Sequence record: OM634661.1
Reading direction: 5' to 3' (one strand)
Length of the DNA stretch: 64,000 nt
Of this stretch, positions 49,329 to 61,000 are shown in pieces (the stretch's first letter is position 1; each line of letters begins with the position of its first letter). The translations under genes were made by a program, and so were the position numbers. Below the pieces are notes generated by a model. It did not search any database and was not told the DNA's origin. It was given only the letters and a program-made list of their open reading frames with translations.

Positions 49329-50459
49329 ATGGCTCGAAATGATAAGCAGGAAGCTTGGGAAAAGGGATATATAGATAATGTAGGGCAAATGAAACAAGCC
49401 TATGACTATCGACAAGACTTCCTTAAAGATTTTAGTCTTAACGGTGAGAAAAAGGAAGATGATCAAATTGGTGATGATTCTGGTTCTGGTGGCGGCGGTA
49501 GCGTCACCATTGGAACTAAATATGATGACGTTATTAACGAAGCTGGAAAGAAGTACGGTATCAATCCGTACTTCATAGCTTCAGTTATAAAACAAGAAAG
49601 TAACTTTAATCCTAGTGCAGGGTCTCATGCTGGTGCAAGAGGATTAATGCAATTAATGCCAGCCACTGCAAAAGCGTTAGGAGTATCTAATCCATCAGAT
49701 CCTAGACAGAATGTAATGGGAGGAACTAAATACCTAAAGCAAATGTTGCAAGCTCAAGGATGGAATCCTGTACTGGCATTAGCTGCGTATAATGCTGGGC
49801 CAGGTAACGTTCGTAAGTATGGAGGAGTTCCGCCATTTAAAGAGACTCAGCATTATGTTAAAGTTATTCCTCAAAACTTCAAGAATTATACAGGGGAAAC
49901 ATTAACAAGTAAGAATGTAAAATGGTCAGGAGACATGGCTAGTTCTGGAGGTAAGACCAGCTTTAGTGGATCTGGAAGTCAGATCACAATCAAAGGTGGA
50001 AGGATCTATATCCCTACAGGCATAGGTAGAAGTCAGTATGCAGCTAAGAGGAGATCAGAAGGAAGCTCAACAAATTGGGCAGCATGGAAGAAACTAGACT
50101 CTAAAAAGTTTAATCATAACGGACCTATGAAATCTGTGAATAAGTATGCACCTGATGCACATGCGGCTTTTAATTTACTATATGAAAAGCTTGGTAAAAA
50201 AACACTTCTAATCAACTCTGGTTTTAGAAATGGCGATCCAGCAATGCATGGAGCAGGATGTGCATTTGATATAGGATGTAGAGGAAAAAAAGATGCTTTG
50301 TTTGTAGCTGATACAGCTTGGTCTCTAGGATTTAGAGGAATAGGTGTTGGAGGTAATCTAGGAGGCGGAGCAGGATTTGTACACGTAGACATTGGTCCAG
50401 ATGGCGGAGGATGGAGTTATGGATATGGGAAGTATAGAGGCCCTAATAGCATGAGGTAG
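49329..50459 (+). CDS. Virion-associated lysin: lytic transglycosylase plus M15-type peptidase
   Basis: IKQESNF, GLMQLMP and AAYNAG (SLT domain); SGFR...MHGAGCAFDI...FVHVDIG (M15 zinc peptidase). Confidence 0.9.
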   Translation: MARNDKQEAWEKGYIDNVGQMKQAYDYRQDFLKDFSLNGEKKEDDQIGDDSGSGGGGSVTIGTKYDDVINEAGKKYGINPYFIASVIKQESNFNPSAGSHAGARGLMQLMPATAKALGVSNPSDPRQNVMGGTKYLKQMLQAQGWNPVLALAAYNAGPGNVRKYGGVPPFKETQHYVKVIPQNFKNYTGETLTSKNVKWSGDMASSGGKTSFSGSGSQITIKGGRIYIPTGIGRSQYAAKRRSEGSSTNWAAWKKLDSKKFNHNGPMKSVNKYAPDAHAAFNLLYEKLGKKTLLINSGFRNGDPAMHGAGCAFDIGCRGKKDALFVADTAWSLGFRGIGVGGNLGGGAGFVHVDIGPDGGGWSYGYGKYRGPNSMR

Positions 50460-50470
50460 GAGGAAGTTGT

Positions 50471-50656
50471 GTGCCAATTGGAAACATATTAAAAGAAAAG
50501 ATAGCAAATACAAATGCATTTGAGAAAAAACACATAGAGTTCTTAAAAGAAATTAAAGAATTTAAGAATAATAAAAAACTCCAAGATGAATATAAACGTG
50601 TACAGGTCATTCTAGAAAAAACAGTGAGTAAGGTAGGGGGTTTTCATTATGAATAA
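50471..50656 (+). CDS. Small basic hypothetical protein
   Basis: GGAGG 7 nt before GTG; overlaps the next start. Confidence 0.55.
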   Translation: MPIGNILKEKIANTNAFEKKHIEFLKEIKEFKNNKKLQDEYKRVQVILEKTVSKVGGFHYE

Positions 50657-51014
50657 TAATAATCCAATTACAAAAAAGATATATGATCAAGTTGTAAGAC
50701 CTGCGCTTGCTAGTCGATTAAGTCCAGTTAAAGGTTATATTACAGCCGTATATTATGAAAGACAAACAGTAGATGTTGTATGGAAAGATCCAAATGCTGG
50801 GTCAGAGAGAAAATCTTCTGACCTTGCACTTCCTCCAGAAGGAGATGGAGTCTTCAGCCAAGGATTAGAAGTTGGAGACTATGCTGTTGTAGCATTCAGG
50901 CATGGGAGTATAGAAAGTCCTTACATATCAAGTATTGAAAGAAGATATAGAGATGAAAGTAAATTTAGTTCTAAATTTGGTAGTGGCATTCCTAAAGGAA
51001 TAGGTTATCTTTAA
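50649..51014 (+). CDS. Baseplate spike OB-fold (gpV/gp5 N-terminal-like) protein
   Basis: VKGYITAVYYERQTVDVVW...LEVGDYAVVAF...PYI. Confidence 0.6.
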   Translation: MNNNNPITKKIYDQVVRPALASRLSPVKGYITAVYYERQTVDVVWKDPNAGSERKSSDLALPPEGDGVFSQGLEVGDYAVVAFRHGSIESPYISSIERRYRDESKFSSKFGSGIPKGIGYL

Positions 51015-51029
51015 TCGGAGGTGATATTT

Positions 51030-51596
51030 ATGGATGGATTAAAACCGTTTATTAATGAAATATATCCAGATGGTGATGTAGATTATTCTCCACCAGAATG
51101 GAGGCAGAAGATAGAGGATGAACTTTTAAGACATGGTGTAACAGATTATGATGAAGAACATGAGAAGGATCAAAAAATCAAGCCTAATGAAGTAGGGATG
51201 AAACATCCTGAAACAGAAGCCGTTGTGAGATTAAATGATGATGGAACGATTCATGTCTTTGCATCAGAAACTTTAGGTATTATTATGGACCCTCATAGTA
51301 AATCTATTAATTTCATTGGAGAAAACATTAACTTCTTTAGTCATAAGACACATCTCAAAACAAAGCCAACAGGTCTACTTTGGAATGAAAACTCATTCAA
51401 TTCACAATTGTATTATGAAGATCAAAATGAAGGTAAGGTTTCTTTTGTAGGTAAAAAGCAAAAGCTTAAAAACAAAAAATGGGTAGAAGAAGAAGTTGAG
51501 ATCCAACCTTTTCAAAAAAAGAAAGGTAAAAATACATATAGTCCTGGAATATTAGAAGTGCTTGATGATCTAGGAATACCAACAGAGAAGGAGTGA
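51030..51596 (+). CDS. Probable spike C-terminal beta-strand protein
   Basis: ATG 51030 after GGAGGTG; AVVRLNDDGTIHVFA...IIMDPHSKSINFIGENINF beta-repeat pattern. Confidence 0.45.
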   Translation: MDGLKPFINEIYPDGDVDYSPPEWRQKIEDELLRHGVTDYDEEHEKDQKIKPNEVGMKHPETEAVVRLNDDGTIHVFASETLGIIMDPHSKSINFIGENINFFSHKTHLKTKPTGLLWNENSFNSQLYYEDQNEGKVSFVGKKQKLKNKKWVEEEVEIQPFQKKKGKNTYSPGILEVLDDLGIPTEKE

Positions 51597-51601
51597 TTTG
51601 A

Positions 51602-52099
51602 ATGGGAAGAATTGATTGGGCTTTCACAGATGATGGAGATCTAGACTTAGGTGCTCCTAAAGTAGATGTTGAAGGAGAGTTCTTATACATTCATCCAGAC
51701 GGAACAGAATCAACAGATAAAGGTGAAGACGGAAGACTTATCAGAGATATTGCATACAGATATGGATATGATGCAGATAAGACTGTGATATTAAATAGAC
51801 TGATGACAGATTCCCCTGATTGGTTCCACCATCCTTCTATGGGTGGTAATTTAACTGATTTAATTGGAGAGCCAAATACAAGAGAAACAGCAGAGCTAGG
51901 AGCGCAGTATATTAGACAGGCGTTAATGTATGCAGGGCTATTTGATTTTAGAGATATAGATGTAAAGCCTATACCAGTATCTCATAGGGAAATTGCATTT
52001 ATGATAACAGTTAATAGAGTAAATGATGATCCATACCAATTTCCTTTGGTATTTAATTTGGAGCATGGTGTCTTAAACTATTATGAGAAGCCAGAGTAG
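51602..52099 (+). CDS. Baseplate wedge protein (gp25/W-like)
   Basis: DGDLDL...WFHHPSMGGNLTDLIG...IRQAL pattern; directly upstream of the J-like gene. Confidence 0.7.
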   Translation: MGRIDWAFTDDGDLDLGAPKVDVEGEFLYIHPDGTESTDKGEDGRLIRDIAYRYGYDADKTVILNRLMTDSPDWFHHPSMGGNLTDLIGEPNTRETAELGAQYIRQALMYAGLFDFRDIDVKPIPVSHREIAFMITVNRVNDDPYQFPLVFNLEHGVLNYYEKPE

Positions 52100-52111
52100 G
52101 AGGATAAATAG

Positions 52112-52921
52112 ATGTTTAATATGAAGAAACCTCAAGAGGAGATTTTAGCAGATATATTAGAAAGACTTACGACAGATACAGACATAACAGATGTAGATCC
52201 AGGAAGTGTCGCAAGAACTTTTTCAGAAGTAATATCGGAACAGTTTTATGAATTCTATACGCAATTAGATATAAGTGTAGCTATGCACTTTGTCAGTACT
52301 TCAAATGGTAGATTCCTAGATCTAATTGGAGAGCTTTTAGATTGTAAGCGTGAAAACGGTGAAACAGATGATCTATACAGAGCAAGAATTACGCAGCAAG
52401 TATATGTTGTAGCAGGTGCTAATCAAACGGCTATTAGATTAAAAGCTCTTAGTGTGAATGGAGTAAAAGATGTAGTGTTACGAGAGTATACTCATGGAGC
52501 GGGTTCTTTTAGCATCTACGTCATTGTAGAAGAATCAGAATCAATTAAAAGTGTTGTGAGTGCTGTTCAAGCAGCTGTAGATGATGTAAAAGGATTTGGA
52601 GTCTATGCTGAAGTGTCAAGTCCAGTATTGATTTCTCTAGATTTAATGGTTAGGTTAATATTTAGTAATGAGGCGGGATCAGCAGAGAAATCCACAATAC
52701 GACAAGGCGTGGTAAATGCTGTAAGAGAATACATAAGAGAATTGTCTCTTGGAGAAACATTCATTATTAATGAGACAATCCAAAGGATCATGGATGTAAG
52801 TGACAAGATCTTAGACTTAGAAATCTATGGTATGAAAGTAGACGGTCTCTCTCGTTTCATTAATAACGTAACAATTAATAAAGATGAAAAGATTGTACTA
52901 GATAGTTTAGAAATCGTGTAA
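52112..52921 (+). CDS. Baseplate J-like protein (short form)
   Basis: DVDPGSVARTF, GRFLDLIG and GETDDLYRARI motifs. Confidence 0.85.
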   Translation: MFNMKKPQEEILADILERLTTDTDITDVDPGSVARTFSEVISEQFYEFYTQLDISVAMHFVSTSNGRFLDLIGELLDCKRENGETDDLYRARITQQVYVVAGANQTAIRLKALSVNGVKDVVLREYTHGAGSFSIYVIVEESESIKSVVSAVQAAVDDVKGFGVYAEVSSPVLISLDLMVRLIFSNEAGSAEKSTIRQGVVNAVREYIRELSLGETFIINETIQRIMDVSDKILDLEIYGMKVDGLSRFINNVTINKDEKIVLDSLEIV

Positions 52922-52934
52922 AGAGGGTGCTTTC

Positions 52935-54707
52935 ATGGATTTAAGTAGATTTACCGAACAAATGAGAGCAATGCTTCCACAGTGGATGAAGATGGTGAAA
53001 GATCCTGACTCTGTGGGAGCACAGTTTCTAAATGTGTTTGGAATGGAATTTGAAGATGTTCAAACATATTTAGACTGGATTGTAAATAATCATTTTATCG
53101 GTACAGCGAGTATTGACCAAATTGATATAACGTATAAAGTACCATTGGCACTTCCTGTTGTTTCTGATGTTGTTGAAATTCAGAATGTGTTTGGTATGAG
53201 GAAAGATGCTGTGATTTCTGAAACAAATAGAATTCATTTCACAGTTGTTGATTCTTTAAGGGATTTTTATTTAGCAGATCCCTACATGGATGTATGTATC
53301 TTAGATAGAACACAAGGTGTTGTTTATCTTAGACCTGGAAAAGCTATTCTAGATAACATATCAAATCCTCATATTCACGATGAAGGTCTTGGAGAAATTA
53401 TTGGACCAGAAGGAGTAGAAGTTGAAGGCTCTACTCCAGTTGATGAAGAAGAAGAAAAAGATGAGAGTGGAGTAGAAGAAGAGGAAGAATACCTTTCTTA
53501 TGAAGAAGGAAATCCATTATTCACACCATTTGTTTCTGTGGAGATCAATGGAACACTCCACTATGAATATAGCCTTCATCACGTATGGAATCCATTTGAT
53601 GAATTCGGAATGCTGTTAGGCATTTATAGGCTTCATGGTGAACGAAATGCTCAATTTAAAGAGAGAATACTGGATGTATTCAGAAAGCCAGCAAATGCAA
53701 CAAAGACTGGATTGATGAATGGAATTAGTAGAGAACTTGGATTGAATTCTGAAGATATCAATATTAATGAATTTGCAGACAAAGCTTTTAGAGGTTCTAT
53801 GATTAATGATGATGGAACACCTAGTCAGAAGCTTATCAATTATGTTGAGAGAATCAATAAGGTATTAGGATTCACTTGGGATAATATGAGCTGGGGCGAA
53901 GCTTACTGGAGATCAGTAGAAGAAAGTCAAATCGGCTTAGAGTATCTTCCTCACATATGGGATGTTAATACTGATATGTGGAAAAGAGAAGAGTTCCAAA
54001 GTGGAATAGGAGATGGAGATGACCTGTTAGTTACAGCTCCTAAAGATGAAGATAATATTAGAAACTTTAATTACTACTTAGGACTAAGAGGCAAGAGAAA
54101 TGGCGTTGAAGAGATAGATCCTGAACTTCGATTTAAATACAAAATCACAGCGACAGGGAAAATCATGAACGAAGAATATAAGCCAGAATCTTATAAGTAC
54201 AGCATTATTACATCAGAAATTATTTACTTACACTATATTGTAAGAGCAGTAAAAGAATATATGTACACAACAAATATTGATTTTAATCCAAATACACCTG
54301 GATATATATTTGATGATAAAACAAGCTCAAATGTTGAGGTCGTCACAGGTAATACTGTTATGAGTAAAGATGATCACAGATATTTAAGAGTAGGGTCATG
54401 GTTATCAACTAGATCTGTAAGTGACACACCTATTATTGATGATTTGAAAATCAAGTGGTATGACACAACAGGAGCAGAGCAAGAGTTTGTCTTAGACTCT
54501 CAAGAAGATTTCACAAGAAATGATGCAACTGTTGATACAAACCTGACGAATGTGTTTGTTTCTGAAGAGGGAACTGTAGAGCTTGGATTTGGAGACTTCT
54601 ATCAAATGATTGACACAGAAGGATCATTTAGAGAAGGAACACATAGTCAAAGCGTAGAGATTATTAGACGAGGTTCGGTTCAATTGAAATTACCGAAAAA
54701 CCAATGA
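52935..54707 (+). CDS. Baseplate wedge or structural protein
   Basis: FDEFGMLLGIYRLHGERNAQFKERIL motif; position after the J-like gene; acidic insert. Confidence 0.6.
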   Translation: MDLSRFTEQMRAMLPQWMKMVKDPDSVGAQFLNVFGMEFEDVQTYLDWIVNNHFIGTASIDQIDITYKVPLALPVVSDVVEIQNVFGMRKDAVISETNRIHFTVVDSLRDFYLADPYMDVCILDRTQGVVYLRPGKAILDNISNPHIHDEGLGEIIGPEGVEVEGSTPVDEEEEKDESGVEEEEEYLSYEEGNPLFTPFVSVEINGTLHYEYSLHHVWNPFDEFGMLLGIYRLHGERNAQFKERILDVFRKPANATKTGLMNGISRELGLNSEDININEFADKAFRGSMINDDGTPSQKLINYVERINKVLGFTWDNMSWGEAYWRSVEESQIGLEYLPHIWDVNTDMWKREEFQSGIGDGDDLLVTAPKDEDNIRNFNYYLGLRGKRNGVEEIDPELRFKYKITATGKIMNEEYKPESYKYSIITSEIIYLHYIVRAVKEYMYTTNIDFNPNTPGYIFDDKTSSNVEVVTGNTVMSKDDHRYLRVGSWLSTRSVSDTPIIDDLKIKWYDTTGAEQEFVLDSQEDFTRNDATVDTNLTNVFVSEEGTVELGFGDFYQMIDTEGSFREGTHSQSVEIIRRGSVQLKLPKNQ

Positions 54708-54722
54708 AGGGAATGAGAATAG

Positions 54723-55754
54723 ATGGCAAGAAGTGAAGATAATGCGGTAGGAAATCTTACCTTTCCAGATTTAAACTTAACATCTTATCCAGACAAGATT
54801 GATTCTAGGGTTGAAGGTGATCCTGGATTTAACACAAACATGAGTGGATATACAAACTTAAAAGACTATAACATGGCAGAGCATGTGAATGCTCTTGGGG
54901 ATGCAACAATGGCAATGGAGCGAATCATTGGTGTTAATCCCCATATTGATCGTGATGGAGTTAATAGGGTTACAATTGATCAGAGACTATATGTATTAGA
55001 AGATCCAACTAGATATGATCTAAGATATGGAGGAGCAGGGTGGATTTTAAGTCAGACACTTGTTGGTCATACACATACTGGTGGGCCAGGACATCCTTCT
55101 CAAATTGACTTAACAAAAGAAGTTAAAAACAAACTAGGGAAAAATAATATCGACTTATCTAACGACAAAGGATTAACAGGCGCAGATATTACAATGTCTC
55201 CTGGAGTAAGTACATCTATAGCTGATTCAGTAAATGACAAGCTATCAACTTCACAAGGTGGAACAGTAAGAGGAGAAGTCAATTTTACAGAAAGAGTCCA
55301 ACTCTTAACTGAAAAACATTTTAATGCTGAAAACAATAACAACGGAACTGTCATATCAGATCCAAGTACAAGACAAGGAAAAGCGTTAAGAGGAAGCGGA
55401 ACAGAAGATGTAAGAATCATTCATCAAGGAATGAGAGATTTAGAGTATGGGAAATACGTCATGGCTGTAAGACTTAGAGTTAGCTCACTTGCTAATTATA
55501 ATGTTGCTTATTTCAGAATGTACAATAGATTAAATAACGCATGGGTTGCAAATAATATTGTGAATTTAAAAGGAACAGATTTTGATCAAGCTGGTAAATG
55601 GAAAATGTTTTATATGGTATTTGATGCCGAAGGGGATGCGGAAAGTTCTTACTGTATTGCACATGTAGGTAAACACGCAACCGCTGGAAACATCAATGTA
55701 GATTTTGATTATGGATATATTACTCCTGCTCACCCAGCAGTATTTGATAGATAA
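54723..55754 (+). CDS. Tail fibre or baseplate protein with C-terminal carbohydrate-binding-like domain
   Basis: AEHVNALGDA anchor-like motif; beta-sandwich-like C-terminus (LEYGKYVMAVRLRV). Confidence 0.5.
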   Translation: MARSEDNAVGNLTFPDLNLTSYPDKIDSRVEGDPGFNTNMSGYTNLKDYNMAEHVNALGDATMAMERIIGVNPHIDRDGVNRVTIDQRLYVLEDPTRYDLRYGGAGWILSQTLVGHTHTGGPGHPSQIDLTKEVKNKLGKNNIDLSNDKGLTGADITMSPGVSTSIADSVNDKLSTSQGGTVRGEVNFTERVQLLTEKHFNAENNNNGTVISDPSTRQGKALRGSGTEDVRIIHQGMRDLEYGKYVMAVRLRVSSLANYNVAYFRMYNRLNNAWVANNIVNLKGTDFDQAGKWKMFYMVFDAEGDAESSYCIAHVGKHATAGNINVDFDYGYITPAHPAVFDR

Positions 55755-55768
55755 GGAGGGATTGAAAG

Positions 55769-57970
55769 ATGGCTTTATCGAGACCAGAAGGTTTAATGCC
55801 AGCATATGCAGGTTTGATGAGTCCTGACATCCCTTTCTCTACAGTATTCAGATGGTATTTTAGAGGAGAGTCGAAAACAGATTACCAAACAAAATATCAA
55901 ATTAGAATATACAGATACATAAGCGGGTCATGGACTGTACAGCATACTTACAATGGAACAGGCAAAGTCGAAGAGGTAGATGCTAGTTCTATAGGTTACA
56001 CCTTCTCACTTAATACAGAGTATATGTGGGACGTAAAAACTTGGAACAAGGCAAATAAAGAAAGCGATTTTTCATACAGGGCAAAATTCATCTATAGAAG
56101 ATGTCCTAATGGAGATCAATTAGATTGGAACACTACTGATCCAAAGATGAATGAATCAGTGAAAAACACTTATTATTTTACAGAAATCAAAACAAACTTA
56201 ATGAAACTTCTGAAAGATTATAAAGATTATGATAAAAATATTGAAGACAAGATTAATCGTCTATTTACAACTGAAGTTGTACCTTTAAGACAAGACTTTG
56301 ATGATTTGCAAGATATACTTGTTTATATAGGGACTAAAGAAGGTATCGAATTCACTATTAAAAACCGTAGAGTCACAGAAGAAAAAAGACCTAACCTCAT
56401 CTTTGGTCGATTTGATGGCGCTCCAAAAGATTATGATTTAAGAGCAGCTAGAGGAGATTTTGAACTTGAGATATACGAAGCTCTTAAATTGATCGAATGG
56501 ATTGAAGATGGACTTGGTGTGACAGATCTTTCTAAAATTAAAGGATATATCAAAATGCTTGAGATGATTCCTCCTCAACCAATATCAAAAGTTAGGATGA
56601 ATATGCAAGCGGCTGATATGTATCAAATGAAATCCATAACGGCTTCTAATGATGGAGTTAATGACAACACAATAGATGTAGCATGGACTGTCAATGGTAT
56701 CAGTGGAATAAAAGGTTACTTCTATTATGATGACATGTCTCCTAGTGAAGATGTCAGACTATACGATCTTGAATTTGAATATGCTCACCAAACAGGATCT
56801 TTCAAAACAAGATACTTTATGACACCAGATGATATTAAAAAATACTCAGAAATGAGTTTTGATTTAAACTGGCATGGGTTGTTTACAACAATTGAAGGTG
56901 TTCAAAAATCTTTCCAGACAATGAAGATTACAGCTGTTGATTTTAGAAACAATAAATCAGCACCATATAATCTAAAGAAGACATATAATAGTAATTTTAA
57001 AACACCTATCGGAGTAAAAGAATATCAGGTTGAATATCAAAAGAGTGCATTGACTGCTAGTTCATATAGCACAAGCGGTAAATGGGATAGAGTATACACA
57101 GGTTCTAAATTGAATACAACATACAAAGTAAGTGGTGCAGAAGGTAAGCTATGGCATCGTGTAAGAGTTGTTGATAAGAGCGGTTTAATATCAAATTGGA
57201 TGTACGCATCTAAAGCTGTTGTATGGGACCCATTGAAACCACCTGGTAAAGTAAAGAACCCAAGAACAAAAGACCACACAACAAATAGTATGGTTGTATA
57301 TTGGGATGCAACACCAAACTGTGAGTCTTATGAAGTATCTAGATTCTGGGAAAATATCATTGGATCTACAACAGGACTTCAAAAGAAAGATACAGGATTG
57401 AAAGCAAATACAAAGTACAATTATTATGTTCGTGGGGTAAACAGAAAGGGCAAAGGACCTTGGACACCAACATCAGGAAAGACGAAACCAAATGTCAAAG
57501 AAGCAATCTGGACAACTTGGCACACTCACACTTGGTCTGATAAGCGAGGATGGATGCCTCAAACAGGACATAACCATACAATGGTTTATCAAGGTAAAGC
57601 AAGTAGTGCTGTTGGTAATAACAGAGGGATGTTCTATTTTAACCACGCTGATATATGGAAAGTAATCGGTGGTAAAAAAATTGTAAGCATATCTATTGAA
57701 GTGCAAAGAAAGTCTGGGGGAAGCTCAGCAGCTCAAGCACCAACATTTGGCGTTCATGACAACAATAGATATTATGATGGGTATCCACCAGTATGGGGTT
57801 CTTTCAAGTCTCCAATAAAATTTTCAGTTGGAACAAAAAAATGGGTAGAGCTACCTGTGAGTTTTGGAAACAGAATAAAAAATAAACAAGGAACAGGTAT
57901 TGCGATACATGGAAATCCTTATATGTGTTTTGCAAATAAAGCTAGACTCAAAATAAAATATGAAGCTTAA
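55769..57970 (+). CDS. Tail fibre or receptor-binding protein with fibronectin type III domains
   Basis: Fn3 signatures (YQIRI...YMWDVKTWN; VVYWDAT...LKANTKYNYYVRGVN) and a C-terminal beta-sandwich. Confidence 0.65.
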   Translation: MALSRPEGLMPAYAGLMSPDIPFSTVFRWYFRGESKTDYQTKYQIRIYRYISGSWTVQHTYNGTGKVEEVDASSIGYTFSLNTEYMWDVKTWNKANKESDFSYRAKFIYRRCPNGDQLDWNTTDPKMNESVKNTYYFTEIKTNLMKLLKDYKDYDKNIEDKINRLFTTEVVPLRQDFDDLQDILVYIGTKEGIEFTIKNRRVTEEKRPNLIFGRFDGAPKDYDLRAARGDFELEIYEALKLIEWIEDGLGVTDLSKIKGYIKMLEMIPPQPISKVRMNMQAADMYQMKSITASNDGVNDNTIDVAWTVNGISGIKGYFYYDDMSPSEDVRLYDLEFEYAHQTGSFKTRYFMTPDDIKKYSEMSFDLNWHGLFTTIEGVQKSFQTMKITAVDFRNNKSAPYNLKKTYNSNFKTPIGVKEYQVEYQKSALTASSYSTSGKWDRVYTGSKLNTTYKVSGAEGKLWHRVRVVDKSGLISNWMYASKAVVWDPLKPPGKVKNPRTKDHTTNSMVVYWDATPNCESYEVSRFWENIIGSTTGLQKKDTGLKANTKYNYYVRGVNRKGKGPWTPTSGKTKPNVKEAIWTTWHTHTWSDKRGWMPQTGHNHTMVYQGKASSAVGNNRGMFYFNHADIWKVIGGKKIVSISIEVQRKSGGSSAAQAPTFGVHDNNRYYDGYPPVWGSFKSPIKFSVGTKKWVELPVSFGNRIKNKQGTGIAIHGNPYMCFANKARLKIKYEA

Positions 57971-57971
57971 T

Positions 57972-57989
57972 GGGCGGTATTAACCGCCC
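57972..57989 (+). terminator. Hairpin, possible terminator
   Basis: GGGCGGT-ATTA-ACCGCCC followed by TTATATAT. Confidence 0.5.
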
Positions 57990-58013
57990 TTATATATAAA
58001 GGAGGGAAACGAG

Positions 58014-61000
58014 TTGGCTCAGTATGGACATAACTTTTATGGTACGGCTTACTATGGTAAGACAAACGCCTTCTCTGGGGATTACACAACAAAAGAGATC
58101 CCAACTGATGAAGATTTAAAATCAACATTTACAGTAAATATCCAAGCTGTTATACCTGATGCATTTTACGGTCCTCAATCAGATGAGATTATTCCTAGTG
58201 AAAATGACTGGACATATGATGAAGCGTTTGATGTGTTAAAGTCAAACAAAGGAAATGCTTCTTTAGAATTCGGTATTACTTGTGATCGAATCATTATTCA
58301 TCATGAAAAGAGAAACAGTGGAGCAGATAAAATTACTGTACAAATCAAAACAATCCCTGTAGATGGATCAGAACCAACAGAGAGAACAGAAACATTCTCT
58401 TCTAAATCTTCTAATATTAATACAAATGCTAATTTCACAATAGGTAATTTAGCTTATGGGAGACAAGAGGTAAAAGTCATTATTGACGGTGCAAATCCAT
58501 CAACAGATTACTTTTCATTTAAAGGAATATCTTGTCGGGTTACACATTTCACTATCGAAACAAGAGCAGGAAAAGATGGGGTATGGACTGATTTCGTCAA
58601 AATCAATACGACATATACAGTCGTAAATGCTGATCAATTTCGATATAAAGTATCTGGTACATCTCCAGATTACGCAGGGAACAATATGATACAAGTAAGA
58701 GTATGGATGGCATCTTCTGATAATGAAATGACTCCTGAGATTATGAGTATTGAGAATATTGCAGGTAATTCTGAGAACAGAACTGAAAGAGGGTATTGGG
58801 AAGGTATTATCGACATGCAGCTTGTAGCAACTGCTATAGGCAAGACATTTAGAAAGATCGAAGGAATCTACTGGACACAAAGAGTACCTGAAACTACTGA
58901 CCTTATTATTAGATCATGTTCATCAACAAATGCTTTGTCATTCGGAAAATGGACAGTTCCTTATAGATTGAATACATATAGAGTAAGACTAAAAGAAGGT
59001 ATACAAGAAGGATACATAGATACACCTCTTGTCAAACCAGAGTCTAAATCTCAATTTATCAGAAATATTCAATGGGAAGAGTGGAGAGATCAGTCTTATC
59101 TTCCACCTGATGATACAAATACATGGGTGAGATATGTTTTCTTAGATACAACAAAAAGCAATGAAAACAATCCTTACCACATGATACATAACCCTATGAA
59201 TGCATCTGATAAGACATTGTATTCTTTAGGTAAAAGAAATTTCTATGTAAGAGTAAGGCTTCATCGAAGAATAGATAAGATGTCTCCAGCTGTAGATTTT
59301 ATTCATTTAGATTCAAGAATGAATTACACAGAAGAAAAGATTATAGAAGGCAAAGATTTTTCTGCTGTGAACAATCACAATACAGGTAAAGACATTGTAT
59401 TAGATATGAGTACGTTGTCTTATAACCCTCCAGCGGAAGTTAATCAGCCAACTTATGAATTAGACGACAGAACGAACAGACCTCAAGATGTCGTGCTTTA
59501 TTACGATAGTGAAAAAGAAGAAGGTATTCGATCAAATGAAACAACGAATCCATCAGATAAAATATGGGCTGAAACAAAAACAAGAGAACCAGGTATGACA
59601 ACTGGATTAAGAAAACACTATCAATATAGTGGAGGTAATGTTAGATATCCTGAAGTGAGAAAAGTAGAGATGGCATCTTCATTCACTCCATCACTAGATA
59701 GAAGTAAAAAGTACAGATATTATCTACAAAATGGATGGCCTACAATTTTCCATGAAGTAGCTACTGGAGATACATTCAAGTCAATTGCAGATAGTCACAA
59801 TGTAAAAGAAGACGATTTGAAAAATTTAAATCCTGATCCAATATATAATGACAATGGAACATTAACAGTAGGTCAAAAGTTAGAAGTGCCAAACTATTCA
59901 ACAAACGAAAATGTGGATATAAAATTTGAAAGTAATGATGATGTCATTACAGATAAGTCGTCTCAAAATGCATTAATTGATCAATCAAATGACTTAACAA
60001 GTGATGTGATTGTTTCTCAGGTTGTAAAATCATCTATTTATGGTGAAGTAGATTGGGTATCAGATGAGAGAATATACGAAGGAGTCATCAACCCTAATGA
60101 TGTGAGAAAGGAATATAAAAGATCTCATATCACACCAGACTCAGGAGTATCAACTGAATTCAGATACATAGCTGGAGAAAATGATACTTATGAAACAATA
60201 GGAAAGAAATTTGGTGTAGACCCATTAGATATCGCATTAAAGAATCAAGAAGTGGAAGTCGTTCAAGGATTAGAAGTGATCGTACCTGCAAGAATCACAC
60301 TTCCTGATATCCATCCTAAAGCATATGTATCAGACAACCCATATAAGATAGATATTATTTATAATAGCGTAAAGAAACAAGATGGTACTGTTATTCCTGA
60401 ATCAGCCTTAGATGTAACCGAGGTAGAAATTGAATACAAGATAAAACTTGTTGAAGAAGTTAGAGTTACAAGAGGTCAAGTAAGAAACGGAAAAGACTTA
60501 TTGTCACATCCTAGAATCAAAAAGATTACAAAAGTAACAAGTCTTGATCGTGTGAGAGAGTATAATCCATATGATCCTGTTCAAAAATCTGGAGACTTCC
60601 TAAGAGACAATAACTATATTGATTGGTCTCCAGCAGAAGGCACATCATCTGAACCAGAACCACTAGAAGATTACTATGTATCTTATGAATGTGAAGTACC
60701 AGATAGAGTAACTATCACAATTGATACGAATTACTTTGAAGAGGGTGGAGTAGATAGAATTTGGAGATCACCTGAAGTTAAAGAATTCAGTGGTATGTGT
60801 TATCCAGGTTTCGATTTCAAAGTAGAAGCTCCTCCATTTTCTGAATGGAAAAATTCTAATGATGAAGATGTAGAAGACTTCGAGTATGTTATTGAAGATG
60901 ATGATCTATGGGTGAAAACATGGATTGAGTATGATGAAGCAGAGAACAAGTATTACGTCATGGGATCTCTTCAAGATCTAGTTCCGAAAGACAACTGGTT

